From: Bacteroidota bacterium
GTDB lineage: Bacteria > Bacteroidota > Bacteroidia > JABEUT01
Length of the DNA: 57,602 nt
Direction: 5' to 3'
NCBI GenBank assembly: GCA_013289395.1
Contig: JABCZY010000002.1
Span: forward strand, 1 to 57,602
The position numbers and the translations under genes were made by a program. Numbering within the stretch: position 1 is the first letter of the stretch; every line of letters starts with the position of its first letter. The notes beneath the pieces were generated by a model. It saw only the letters and a list, made by a program, of their open reading frames with translations. It had not been told where the DNA came from and searched no databases. Positions 44,399-55,300 of this stretch are shown one piece after another.

Positions 44399-45394
44399 TT
44401 AGTTTTTAACCTGGTTGTAATCGCCAATACTCAAATTGCCTTTTATTCCTTCAAGTGAAACATAACTACCTATCATCGACGAATGAATATCTGATTTGAG
44501 AATGGTAGTGCTTTCCTGAATAATTGAATCTGTTATAACTGAATTTTCAATTACTGTCTTTGCTCCTATAGATACGTTAGGGCCGATCGTCGAGTTTTTC
44601 AGCACTACTGATTCATCAATATAACAAGGCTGGATAATTTTCGAGTTCTCCACCTTGGTCGTAGTTTTTCTATCTGTTTTCGTAGCGAGCATCCGTTGGT
44701 TTGTAAACAACATAGCATCTTTATTACCACAATCGAGCCACTCCTGCACCTCAGCCACTGTAAACCGGGTGCCTTTCTTTTTCATGTTTTCAAGAGCATT
44801 GGTAAGTTGGTACTCTCCTTTCTCTTTTATGTCATTATCAATAAGGTATTGCATCTCTTTATGCAAATACTCACCATCGTTGAAATAATAAATACCAATA
44901 ATAGCAAGGTCCGAAACAAACTCCTGCGGCTTTTCTACAAAATGTGTAATTATGTTTTGTGCATCGAGTTTTACTACTCCGAAAGGTCTAGGGTCCTGAA
45001 CTTTTTGTACCCATATCACCCCATCTTTCGATGCATCAATTTTCACCTCGCCTCTGAACAGTGTGTCAGCAAATGCTACTATTACCTTACCTTTTAATAA
45101 TTCAGCTGCGCACAAGGTTGCATGAGCCGTTCCCAAAGGTTCTTTCTGGTAAAATATTTTTCCTTTAGCTCCCATGTTCTCAGCAACCTTAAGCAGGTTT
45201 TGCTCAGCTTCTTTACCAAAATTGCCAATTACAAAACCAATCTCTTCAATTTTTTCGCCTGTCATTTTACAAATATCTTCAACCAGGTGCTGCACCATTG
45301 GTTTACCTGCCACAGGTAATAAAGGCTTAGGTACAGTAAGTGTATGCGGGCGCATACGTTTACCCATACCTGCCATTGGAATGATCAATTTCAT
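44399..45394 (-). CDS. Sugar-phosphate nucleotidyltransferase (NTP_transferase N-domain plus a left-handed beta-helix C-domain)
   Basis: MKLIIPMAGMGKRMRPHTLTVPKPLLPVAGKPM (GxGxR signature). The C-terminal part has hexapeptide-like I/V-G repeats. Confidence 0.8.
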   Translation of the reverse strand: MKLIIPMAGMGKRMRPHTLTVPKPLLPVAGKPMVQHLVEDICKMTGEKIEEIGFVIGNFGKEAEQNLLKVAENMGAKGKIFYQKEPLGTAHATLCAAELLKGKVIVAFADTLFRGEVKIDASKDGVIWVQKVQDPRPFGVVKLDAQNIITHFVEKPQEFVSDLAIIGIYYFNDGEYLHKEMQYLIDNDIKEKGEYQLTNALENMKKKGTRFTVAEVQEWLDCGNKDAMLFTNQRMLATKTDRKTTTKVENSKIIQPCYIDESVVLKNSTIGPNVSIGAKTVIENSVITDSIIQESTTILKSDIHSSMIGSYVSLEGIKGNLSIGDYNQVKN

Positions 45395-45415
45395 AAACTA
45401 TACTCTTGTTTAAAA

Positions 45416-45850
45416 TTACTTTTTACCTGTGTGTCCAAAACCACCATCACCTCTTGCTGTTTCCATAAGCTGTTCTACTTCAACCCACTCTGCCTGTTCA
45501 TGCTTTGCTATAACAACCTGTGCAATACGTTCGCCGTCGTTAATTGTAAAGTCTTCGTTGGAAAGATTGATAAGCAATACTTTTAGTTCGCCTCTGTAAT
45601 CGGCATCAATAGTACCCGGTGAATTAAGAACGGTTATTCCATTTTTAAATGCTAATCCGCTACGCGGGCGAACCTGCGCTTCGTGCCCCACAGGTATTTC
45701 GAAAAACAAACCCGTTGGCACCAACACTCTTTCCAATGGCTTAAGAACCATTGCTGCATCAATGTTTGCACGTACATCGAAACCTGCCGATGCAACTGTT
45801 GCATATTGCGGCAAAACATGTTTCGACTTATTTATAACTTTAATTTTCAT
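45416..45850 (-). CDS. dut: dUTP diphosphatase
   Basis: [51 protein letters not shown]. Confidence 0.95.
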   Translation of the reverse strand: MKIKVINKSKHVLPQYATVASAGFDVRANIDAAMVLKPLERVLVPTGLFFEIPVGHEAQVRPRSGLAFKNGITVLNSPGTIDADYRGELKVLLINLSNEDFTINDGERIAQVVIAKHEQAEWVEVEQLMETARGDGGFGHTGKK

Positions 45851-45871
45851 GATATGCTATTATGTTAGACG

Positions 45872-47350
45872 TTACTTCTTCTTTAATATTGCAAATGTTG
45901 GCCTTTCTACCAGGTAAACTATAACTGCAAAGGCAACAATCATACAATTATCAAATATCAAATTAGCTACAGTTGACCCGATGTGAATATACTCACTTGT
46001 AAGGTACAAAGTTAAGGATAATGCAAAGTATAATCCAATACGTGGCATATCAAACTTTACAGGGAATTGTTTACGGCTGGTAATGTACGACATAACCATA
46101 GTTGCAGCATAACAAATGAGTGTTGCCCAGGCCGAAGCCATGTATCCGTATTTTGGAATAAATACAACATTTATAACAATAGTTATTACTGCCCCGAAGA
46201 TAGTTAGATAGGCCCCATACATAGTTTTATGTGCCAGCTTATACCACATAGATAAGTTATAAAATACACCAAGGCATAAGTTGGCAAGAAGCAAAATAGG
46301 GACCACTGCAAGCCCCGAACGGAAATTTTTACCCACAAAATATTGTATCCATGGGAGGTTGAACATAGTGCCAAGGAAAATAAGCAAACAGCCTATTATA
46401 AAGTACTTGGTTACATCAGCGAACATTTTGTAAAAGTCCTCGTCCTTGGAATGGGCAAAGAAATAAGGCTCAGCAGCATACCTGAATGCTTGAACAAACA
46501 TGGTTATTATAATAGATATTTTATAACAGGCGCCATAAATACCAATCTGCTGTTTGGCAATATCATCGGGTAACAGGTACAGTAAAATGATACGGTCAAG
46601 GGTTTCGTTAACCATACCGGCAAGCCCCGCCAATAAAAGAGGAAGCGCATAGGGCATAATTTTCTTCCAGAGTTGCATATCGAAGTGAATACCTGCTTTC
46701 GACATAGTCGGTAGAAGCATGAATAAGGTAATTACACTCGATGCCACATTGGAAATAAACACATACCCAACACCTAAGTTGGGGTTATATATATGCTGAA
46801 CTAGCCCGTAAAGAATATTGTTCGGATCAGCATAAATTTTAGGGCATATAACAATGAAGAATATATTGAACAGTATGTAAATGAGAATATTGAATGACTT
46901 GATGATAGCAAAATTCCGGGCTTTATTCTGTTCCCGTAATTTGGCAAAAGCCACTGAAGCCAATGCGTCGGCACTTAATATAAGTGCCACCCATATAATA
47001 AAGTCGGGGTGCGTAGGGTCTTTTACAAATGCTGCAATATTGAACCTGAAAACATAGGCCAGCGACAGAAAGATAAGCGATGAAATAGTAACTGAAGTAA
47101 GTATAGTGCTGAAAACCTTCTTCTTGTCTTCTGCCATACGCGAGAAGTTGAACAGGGAAGTTTCCATACCATAGGTAAGCACAATATTCAGGAATGATAC
47201 ATATGCGTATAGTGAAGTAACGGTACCAAAATCGGAGGTAGAAAAAGCACGTGTGTAAAGTGGAACGAGAAGGTAATTAAGCAGGCGCCCTATAATACTA
47301 GGAACGCCGTATACTATTGTTTGGCCAGCAAGTGCTTTTACCTGTTTCAA
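45872..47350 (-). CDS. Polysaccharide biosynthesis protein / oligosaccharide flippase (MOP/Wzx-like)
   Basis: A ~490-aa polytopic membrane protein with 12 or more hydrophobic segments and the N-terminal GRLLNYLLVPLYT pattern typical of Wzx/RfbX-like flippases. Confidence 0.75.
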   Translation of the reverse strand: MKQVKALAGQTIVYGVPSIIGRLLNYLLVPLYTRAFSTSDFGTVTSLYAYVSFLNIVLTYGMETSLFNFSRMAEDKKKVFSTILTSVTISSLIFLSLAYVFRFNIAAFVKDPTHPDFIIWVALILSADALASVAFAKLREQNKARNFAIIKSFNILIYILFNIFFIVICPKIYADPNNILYGLVQHIYNPNLGVGYVFISNVASSVITLFMLLPTMSKAGIHFDMQLWKKIMPYALPLLLAGLAGMVNETLDRIILLYLLPDDIAKQQIGIYGACYKISIIITMFVQAFRYAAEPYFFAHSKDEDFYKMFADVTKYFIIGCLLIFLGTMFNLPWIQYFVGKNFRSGLAVVPILLLANLCLGVFYNLSMWYKLAHKTMYGAYLTIFGAVITIVINVVFIPKYGYMASAWATLICYAATMVMSYITSRKQFPVKFDMPRIGLYFALSLTLYLTSEYIHIGSTVANLIFDNCMIVAFAVIVYLVERPTFAILKKK

Positions 47351-47364
47351 TTATCTTTTCAATA

Positions 47365-48150
47365 TTAACGCCCTGCAAACTGAGGTTTACGCTTTTCTAC
47401 AAACGCATTTATTCCTTCTTTAATATCCTCAGTAGTAAAACATTTCGCAAATTCTGTTAATTCTGCCTCAAAACCTGCCTGTGTTTCATCAAAGGCATTA
47501 ATTGCACGTATTGAACATGCAATAGCTTCGGGTGATTTGGTTTTTATAACATTCAGCAGTTCAACGCATTTTGCAATAAGTGCTTCGGGTGCAACTACGT
47601 AGTTTACCAGACCTAATTGTAATGCCTCGGGTGCCTTTATCATGGCAGCCGTCATTGTCAATTCAAGCGCCTTTGTGCGGCCAATATATTTTGTTAACCG
47701 TTGTGTTCCGCCATAACCGGGTATTAATCCCAGGTTTACTTCAGGCTGGCCAAATTGTGCATTTTCACTCGCAACACGCAAATGACATGCCATTGATAAT
47801 TCACAACCGCCACCCAATGCAAAACCATTAACGGCCGCAATAACAGGCTTGGGAGAATCTTCTATACTTTGGAATATTTGCTGGCCCGATCTGGCTAACT
47901 GTTTACCTTGCTCAGCGGAAAGGCTCATAAATTCCTTAATATCAGCACCTGCTACAAATGACTTTTGACCTTCTCCGGTAATTATTACACCCATTACATT
48001 TTTGTCAGCAATAGCTTCTTTTATGGCTTCGCCAATTTCTACAACCGTTTGCCTGTTAAGCGCATTCAGTTTATCTGGGCGGTTAACGGTAAGAAAATAT
48101 ATGCCGTCTTTAATTTCTGTTTTCAGATTTTGAAATGTGCTCATATGCAA
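47365..48150 (-). CDS. Enoyl-CoA hydratase/isomerase (crotonase) family protein
   Basis: FVAGADIKEF, AAVNGFALGGGCELSMACH, FGQPEVNLGLIPGYGGTQRL, EGINAFVEKRKP. Confidence 0.85.
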   Translation of the reverse strand: MHMSTFQNLKTEIKDGIYFLTVNRPDKLNALNRQTVVEIGEAIKEAIADKNVMGVIITGEGQKSFVAGADIKEFMSLSAEQGKQLARSGQQIFQSIEDSPKPVIAAVNGFALGGGCELSMACHLRVASENAQFGQPEVNLGLIPGYGGTQRLTKYIGRTKALELTMTAAMIKAPEALQLGLVNYVVAPEALIAKCVELLNVIKTKSPEAIACSIRAINAFDETQAGFEAELTEFAKCFTTEDIKEGINAFVEKRKPQFAGR

Positions 48151-48157
48151 CTTTTAT

Positions 48158-48583
48158 TTAAAAATTTCTATGTTCTTTCACCCACTGGCGAATGTATTCT
48201 ACAATAACACCGGTTTCGGTAGCCGGGCCAAAAAGCTTGCCTACACCTATTTTTGCCAACTCATCCATATCTTTTTCAGGAATAATTCCACCGCCTGTCA
48301 GTAGCACATCATTCATTCCTTTTTCCTTCATCATTTTTATAACCTTTGGGAAAACTGTATTATGCGCCCCGGAAAGAATACTTAAGCCGATCGCATCTAC
48401 GTCTTCCTGCAAAGCTGTATTTACAACACTTTCAGGCGTTTGATGCAAACCGGTATATATAACTTCCATGCCTGCATTACGCAAAAAAGAAGCAATTACT
48501 TTCGCTCCCCTGTCATGTCCATCAAGCCCCACCTTAGCTACTAATACCCTGATAGGCCTTTTTATGTCTGATTCTGTCGCCAT
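48158..48583 (-). CDS. Stand-alone cobalamin (B12)-binding domain protein, acyl-CoA mutase small-subunit/C-terminal-domain type
   Basis: [21 protein letters not shown] (DxHxxG B12 motif), [19 protein letters not shown]. Confidence 0.85.
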   Translation of the reverse strand: MATESDIKRPIRVLVAKVGLDGHDRGAKVIASFLRNAGMEVIYTGLHQTPESVVNTALQEDVDAIGLSILSGAHNTVFPKVIKMMKEKGMNDVLLTGGGIIPEKDMDELAKIGVGKLFGPATETGVIVEYIRQWVKEHRNF

Positions 48584-48596
48584 ATGTTGCGCAAAT

Positions 48597-49169
48597 TTAT
48601 GATATATTCTTTTGCAGTAGTTTTTCTACAACAACAGGATAGTTCTCATGTTCAAGTTTATGAATTTTATTTGCCAATGTTTCAGGCGTATCACTTGCTT
48701 CAACACTGCATTCTTGTTGAAAAACTATCTTCCCTTCATCGTAATGTTCATTTACAAAATGAATAGTAATGCCACTCTTCTTCTCTTTGTTTTTGATCAC
48801 CGCTTCATGTACATACTTGCCGTACATTCCCTTGCCACCATAGCTTGGTAAAAGAGCCGGGTGTACGTTTACCATTTTACCATTAAACGCTCTGATAAGA
48901 TTTTCAGGTATCATCCACATAAAGCCTGCCAACACAATAAAGTCTGCCTTGTGCTTAAGTTCGTCTACTATTTTATTTGTACTGTAAAATGTATCTCTGT
49001 CAATAAGTAAGTATGGTATCCCTGCTTTTTTAGCACGCTCAATTACATTAGCTTTTGCGCTATTGGTTACGATCAGTGAAACCCGTATATCCTTGCTATT
49101 CTTAAAGTAATCTATAAAACGCTGTGCATTAGTTCCCTCGCCCGATGCAAAAATGGCAATACGATTCAT
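48597..49169 (-). CDS. purN: Phosphoribosylglycinamide formyltransferase
   Basis: ATG at 49169 gives [52 protein letters not shown]. Confidence 0.9.
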   Translation of the reverse strand: MNRIAIFASGEGTNAQRFIDYFKNSKDIRVSLIVTNSAKANVIERAKKAGIPYLLIDRDTFYSTNKIVDELKHKADFIVLAGFMWMIPENLIRAFNGKMVNVHPALLPSYGGKGMYGKYVHEAVIKNKEKKSGITIHFVNEHYDEGKIVFQQECSVEASDTPETLANKIHKLEHENYPVVVEKLLQKNIS

Positions 49170-49311
49170 CCTCAATTCTTATTTCGCACAAAAGTAAGGG
49201 GTTTAATAACACCCCTCTGTTAGAAAATCGTATCTTAGCCAATGTTACTGAGGTTGAATTGTAACCATTTTTGTGAAATTGCGTATACAGAATACCGTTA
49301 AAAGCCTATTG

Positions 49312-52300
49312 ATGTTGAGGAAAATATTTATTCACACTAGTATATTTTTATTGTTTTTCCTGTCACTTGCCTTTAATGGCATGGCCGGGACCTTATACTG
49401 GGTGGGGAATGGAGGTAACTGGAACGACGCAAGCCATTGGTCGCATACCAGTGGCGGAAACGGAGGAGCAGGTATACCAACCTATACCGATGATGTATTT
49501 TTCGACTTAAACTCCTTTAGCAATCCTTACGAACAGGTTACCATTACCGGCACGGCTTTATGCCATACGCTGCAGACCTTACGCGACATTGACAATCCAG
49601 TATTGGAAGGTAACAGTGCTTCTGCAATAGATATTTATGGATCCCTTTTATTAGAGGGGCATTTAGATTATCAATTTCAAGGTAGTTTAAACCTTAAATC
49701 TTCGCAACAAGGTAATGTTATTAATACCGGATGCAGAAAACTCGGACCCGTCTCTTTTGACGGAAGCGGATCGTGGAAAATGTATACCATGCTGGATGCT
49801 TCAACTATTACAGTTAATTCAGGTCAATTAATAGCAAACGGTTTTGAAATAGCTTGCGGTAATTTAACGATAACAGGAAACAGCACTAAAACAATTGATA
49901 TTACACACTCAATTTTATTTATTGAGCAACAGGTAAACCAGCAAAACTTTAGCAATTTGAACATAGTTTCACCAAAAGGTAAAATCTATTTTCAACATTA
50001 TCAGGTAAGCGACCTGAACGCAACAACACACAGTACACACCATGTTACTTCTGTAGATTCTTCTCACTTTGGGCAAACGAATTTAACTTGTCATTACAGT
50101 AGTAATCCAGCTGCCTGTGATAGTCTTGGAGGAGGATTGGCACCATGTAATGGGAGTGCCTGGATAACAAAAGTCTACCCAACTGCAGGTGGGCCTTATT
50201 CATACCAATGGAGTACCGGATCTACAGCTACAACGGATACTATTACTGGCTTATGCAGTGTCAACGTGAATTATCAAATTTACGATTCATCTGACGGTTC
50301 ACTTTCTGCCCCCAATTATATTACAATCAGTGAGCCAAGCAAATTAGCTATTGCCTATACACCCAAACAACCAACTTGTGCTACCTCCTGTAACGGGTCC
50401 ATTCATTATTGCGTTACCGGTGAAACACCGAGTTATACCTATTCCTGGTATAATGGTGGACCCAAAGGCTCAACTCCTGGGTGCCCTACCTATTTGAACT
50501 ATACTAATTTGTGTAATGGTTCTTACAAGATCCATATTCAAGATGTTAATGGCTGCCATAATACACTTGCTCCAATCACAATCTCGTATACAGTTACTGT
50601 TAAGTCAATTGTTTCACATAGTAATCCTACTTGTAATAGTAATTGTAATGGTACTGCAACGGCAGTAGGTTCAAGTGGACATGGCGCACCCTATACTTAT
50701 GTATGGGAAGCTCCTAAGCAAACAACCCAAACTGCAACAGGTTTATGTGCAGGAACATATACCGTAGTTGTATATGACAGTTTACTTTGTACTGATACAG
50801 CAACAGTACTTATTACTGCACCCACTCCAGTCTCTGTCTCTATTCCAACCCCTACAAATGTTACCTGCCATGGTTTATGCAATGGATCAGCAACAGCAAA
50901 CCCCAGCGGAGGAACTCCGGTACCGGGGTATACTTATAAATGGACACCCAGTAACCAAACTACTCAAACCGCAACCAACCTGTGTGCAGGAGTGTATAAG
51001 GTTGTTGTAGCCGATGGTAATGGTTGTAAAGATTCCAATACTGTTACAATAACGCAGCCAAGTGCGCTTACCATACAATCTATTACTGCGAGCCCTAACC
51101 CGCTTTTATGTAATGGAAATTGCAATGCAACTGCTTCGGTTACTGTTTTAGCCGGATCGGGCACACCCGGTTATACCTACGCATGGAATAACGGAAGCAC
51201 CAATTTTACAAATACCAATACTTCTGTTTCCGGCCTTTGTGTTGGTAAATACATAGTTACTGTAACCGATGCGCAAAGCTGTACAATCAAAGATTCTGTT
51301 ACCATTACGCAGCCTAACCCTATAACAATTACCAATGTAATTGTTGAACCTAAATGCCATGGAGGTGCAACCGGTTCTATTTGCCCTACAGCAAAAAACG
51401 GTACTCCACCATATACTTATAGTTGGGCGCCGGGCGGACAAACAACAGCATGTATAAACGGGCTGACAGCCGGTATATATACCTTGACAGTAACTGATAA
51501 AAATGGTTGTTCCGACACAAGTAAGGTTACCCTTACTGATCCTTCAGCTGTTACCATTGCAACTACAAATACCCCGCCAACCTGTTTTAGTAATTGCAAT
51601 GGCAGCGCTACGGCAACAGCTTCAAATGGTAATGGGGCACCATATACCTATTTATGGAGCAATGGAAAAACAACTACAAATATTATAAACTTGTGTGCGG
51701 GTTCATATAACATAACTGCTGCCGATGACTCAGGCTGCACAAGTACTACAACGGTTACCATTATAGCTCCATCCTCTGTAGGAATACTTATCAGTAATCA
51801 GGTAAACGTAACCTGTAATGGCTTATGTAATGGAAAGGTTTCAGCTGCTGCATCAGGAGGAACACCGGGCTATACATACAAATGGAGTAATGGCCAAACT
51901 ACAACAACCGCTACAAACCTGTGTGCAGGAGTATATAAAGTTGTAGCCACCGACGCTAATGGTTGTAAGGATTCTACCAATGTTACCATTACACAACCCA
52001 ATCCATTAGCTACAATTACAACTGCAAGCCCTAATCCGCTCCACTGTAATGGCGATTGTAATGCAACTGCTTCGATTACCAAAATAACGGGTGGTACAGC
52101 GCCGTATAGTTATTTATGGAGTAATCTTACAATAGGTCCTAATGATCCTAACCTTTGTGCGGGAAAATATATTGTAACTGTAACCGATGCACAAAGTTGT
52201 AAGATAAAAGACTCGGTGACTATTACGCAGCCAACAGGATTAAGTGTGGCGCTTAATCCACCCCCTGTAAGCCCGGTATGTAATGGAGCTTGTACAGGTA

Positions 52301-55300
52301 TTATTTCTACAATTACTACAGGTGGTTCACCCGCATATTCATACTTATGGGAACCTACGGGACAGAGTACAGCTAAAATTAAAAACCTGTGTGCAGGTAC
52401 ATATACATTATATGCCAGTGATAAGAATGGATGTATTGATTCAGCTACTGTTGTTACACTTACTCAACCTATGGCAATTTCTGCAGGCTTAACCATTTCT
52501 GAAGCTACCTGTAACGGAACTTGCGATGGAAAAGCAGTTGCAAATGTATCGGGTGGTACCCCCGGTTATACTTATAACTGGAATGGAGGTGTTACACAAA
52601 CAACCGATAGCATTACCGGCTTATGTGCCAATGCTAACGATTCCATGCGTGTGAATGATGCCAATGGTTGCTCTTCCTCTGTATTTTTTGGCGTTACACA
52701 ACCTCCCATACTAAGTACCGCTATTAAATCGCAGAATACAAGTTGCGTTGCGTGTAATGGCAATGCTAGAGTAATCGTACACGGCGGTACCCCGCCTTAT
52801 GTATATTCCTGGAATACCAGCCCGGTTCAATCTACCGATTCCGCTTCAAATTTATGCCCGGGAACGTATACAGTAACAGTTAAAGATGCTGATTCGTGTG
52901 TAATAACTCAACCTGTAACTATTGTACCAACAGTAACCATTACTATTACCAGTTCTGCCACAGGCCTTAGCTGTTTTGGCTCATGCAATGGAACTGCCAG
53001 TGCGAATGCATCAGGTGGTAATCCTCCTTATATATATTCATGGAGTAACGGACAGACCACTTCAACAGCTTCAAACCTTTGTGCAGGTACATATTACATT
53101 ACAGTCCATGATAACGGAGGTTGTACTAACAGTGATTCAGTAGTGTTTAGTAATCCACCGCAACTTGCAGGGTCTACTTCTCAAACCAATATAAGTTGTA
53201 ATGGAGCCTGCGTAGGTACAGCAGAAGATACGGTAACAGGCGGCACCCCACCTTATACCTATTTGTGGAGTAATGGCCAAACAACATCAACCGCCAGTGG
53301 ATTATGCCAGGGTGTAAATACCGTAAAGGTGACAGACTTTAATGGCTGTTCAATTATTAATTCTGTAACAATTACCGAGGCACCGCCACTTGCATCAAAT
53401 CCTACAGTTTTTCAACCTACGTGTAAATTCGCTAATGGCTATATAAAAGTTTCACCAACCGGTGGAGTTGGAAAATATACGTACCTGTGGAATAATGGTT
53501 CAACTAAAGATAGCATAGGTTCTTTATTTGCCGGTACTTATACAGTTACCATTACCGATAGCCTTGGTTGTAATCATGCATTTGCAATTGCCCTTAGCAA
53601 TTCAAGTGGTGCTACATTAGTGAGTTATATTAAGAAGATGACTTGCTGGACACTTTGCGATGGAAGTGATTCTGTTGCAGTAACAGCGGGTACTGGTCCT
53701 TATTCATTCTCATGGTCAACAGGCAGCACAACAAGTTCTATTTCTGGCCTTTGTGCCGGCCCATATATATGTACAATTACAGATGGCAACGGTTGCTTAA
53801 CAAGTGAGTCAGATACAATAAAGAAACCTAAACCTATAAGCCCGGGTATAACTGTGCAGAATGTAAGTTGCAATGGTGCAAACGATGGCAGTATTTCTCT
53901 TGGTGTGTCAGGTGGTAATGGAGGTTATTCATTCACATGGGCACCTAATGTTTCCACCACCTCTACAGCTAATAATCTTATTCCGGGAACATATACCATT
54001 ACAATTGGAGACAGTAAAGGTTGTGATACGGCCTTTACCGTAAAAATAACCCAACCTAATTTACTGACTGTTGCAATGTCGTCAACTAATGTAACCTGTA
54101 ACGGAAGCTGTAACGGAACAGCTACAGGATCAGTACATGGCGGAACATTGCCTTACATTTATTCGTGGACAAATGGTGGTGTTGATTCCAATATAGTTAA
54201 TCTTTGCCCTAATTCATATACCCTGTCCGTGACAGATGTTAATGGATGTGCAGCATCAGGTAATGTAACTATTACTCAACCTGCACCACTAAAAGACAGT
54301 ATGAGCCACACCAATGATTCTTGTTACCTGGAAAGTGATGGAACAGCTACTATGACCCTGAAAGGTGGAACATCTCCTTACGCATACTCATGGACAGGTG
54401 GATCAACTACAAGTTCTGTAGCAGGTTTATCGGCTGCATTGTATGTAGTAACTGCCACTGATAAAAACCTATGTACTGTTGTTGATTCTGTAACTATTAC
54501 ACAACCTGCTCAAATAACTATTTCAGTTGTCCCTGTAAACTCAACATGTAATGGTGATTGCAATGGCTCTATTACTGCTAATCCTTCCGCAGGTACAAGC
54601 CCTTATACCTACGCATGGTCAAACGGTGAAACTACCAGTTCTGCAATCGGTTTATGTGCCACTACCTATACAGTTGTGGTAACCGATGCGAATAAATGCA
54701 CAGCAACAAAAGATACAAGTGTTGGTCAGCCGCCTAAATTAAATAACCTGGTTACGGGTTCAAATACCCTTTGTCCTTCTTCATGCGATGGCACTGCCCA
54801 ATCAAAACCTAGCGGAGGCAAAGCGCCTTATACTTATTCCTGGTCGAATGGTGCTTCAACAAGCTCTATCACTAATTTGTGCGCAGCAACGTATACCATA
54901 GTAGTAACCGATGCTAACTTATGTACAGATACAGGGACAATTATAATAGCCAATCCTTCACCTGTTACTCCAAACGTTTCTACATCAGCAAGTAATTGTG
55001 GTGCAGTTTGTAATGGGGTTATTTCATTATCGCCCTCGGGTGGAACAGCTCCTTACAAATTCGTATGGAACACCGGACAAACCACTGATAGCATAACCAA
55101 TAGGTGTGCAGGGCTTTATACCTATACTGTAACCGATGCGAATTTATGCGTGGCTACATTTACTACAATACTTACTAATTCAAGCGGCCCTACCGCAGTA
55201 GGTTTGACAACGGTTAATGATAGCTGTAATGGAAAATGCGATGGCAGGATCATATTGTCGCCTATTACAGGCGGAGCTGCTCCGTTTACCTATAGCTTTA

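Noticed and set aside
48584-48596. I looked for a cobalamin riboswitch upstream of the B12-binding-domain gene
   Set aside because: Only 13 nt separate it from purN on the same strand, which leaves no space for a ~200-nt riboswitch. No B12-box-like sequence was seen nearby.
49197-49216. AGGGGT-N8-ACCCCT hairpin in the divergent purN / adhesin spacer
   Set aside because: The stem is only 6 bp with no T-tract on the plus strand. On the minus strand it sits just upstream of a TACTTTTG -7 box for purN, so it is probably just part of the promoter region. The evidence is too weak to call.
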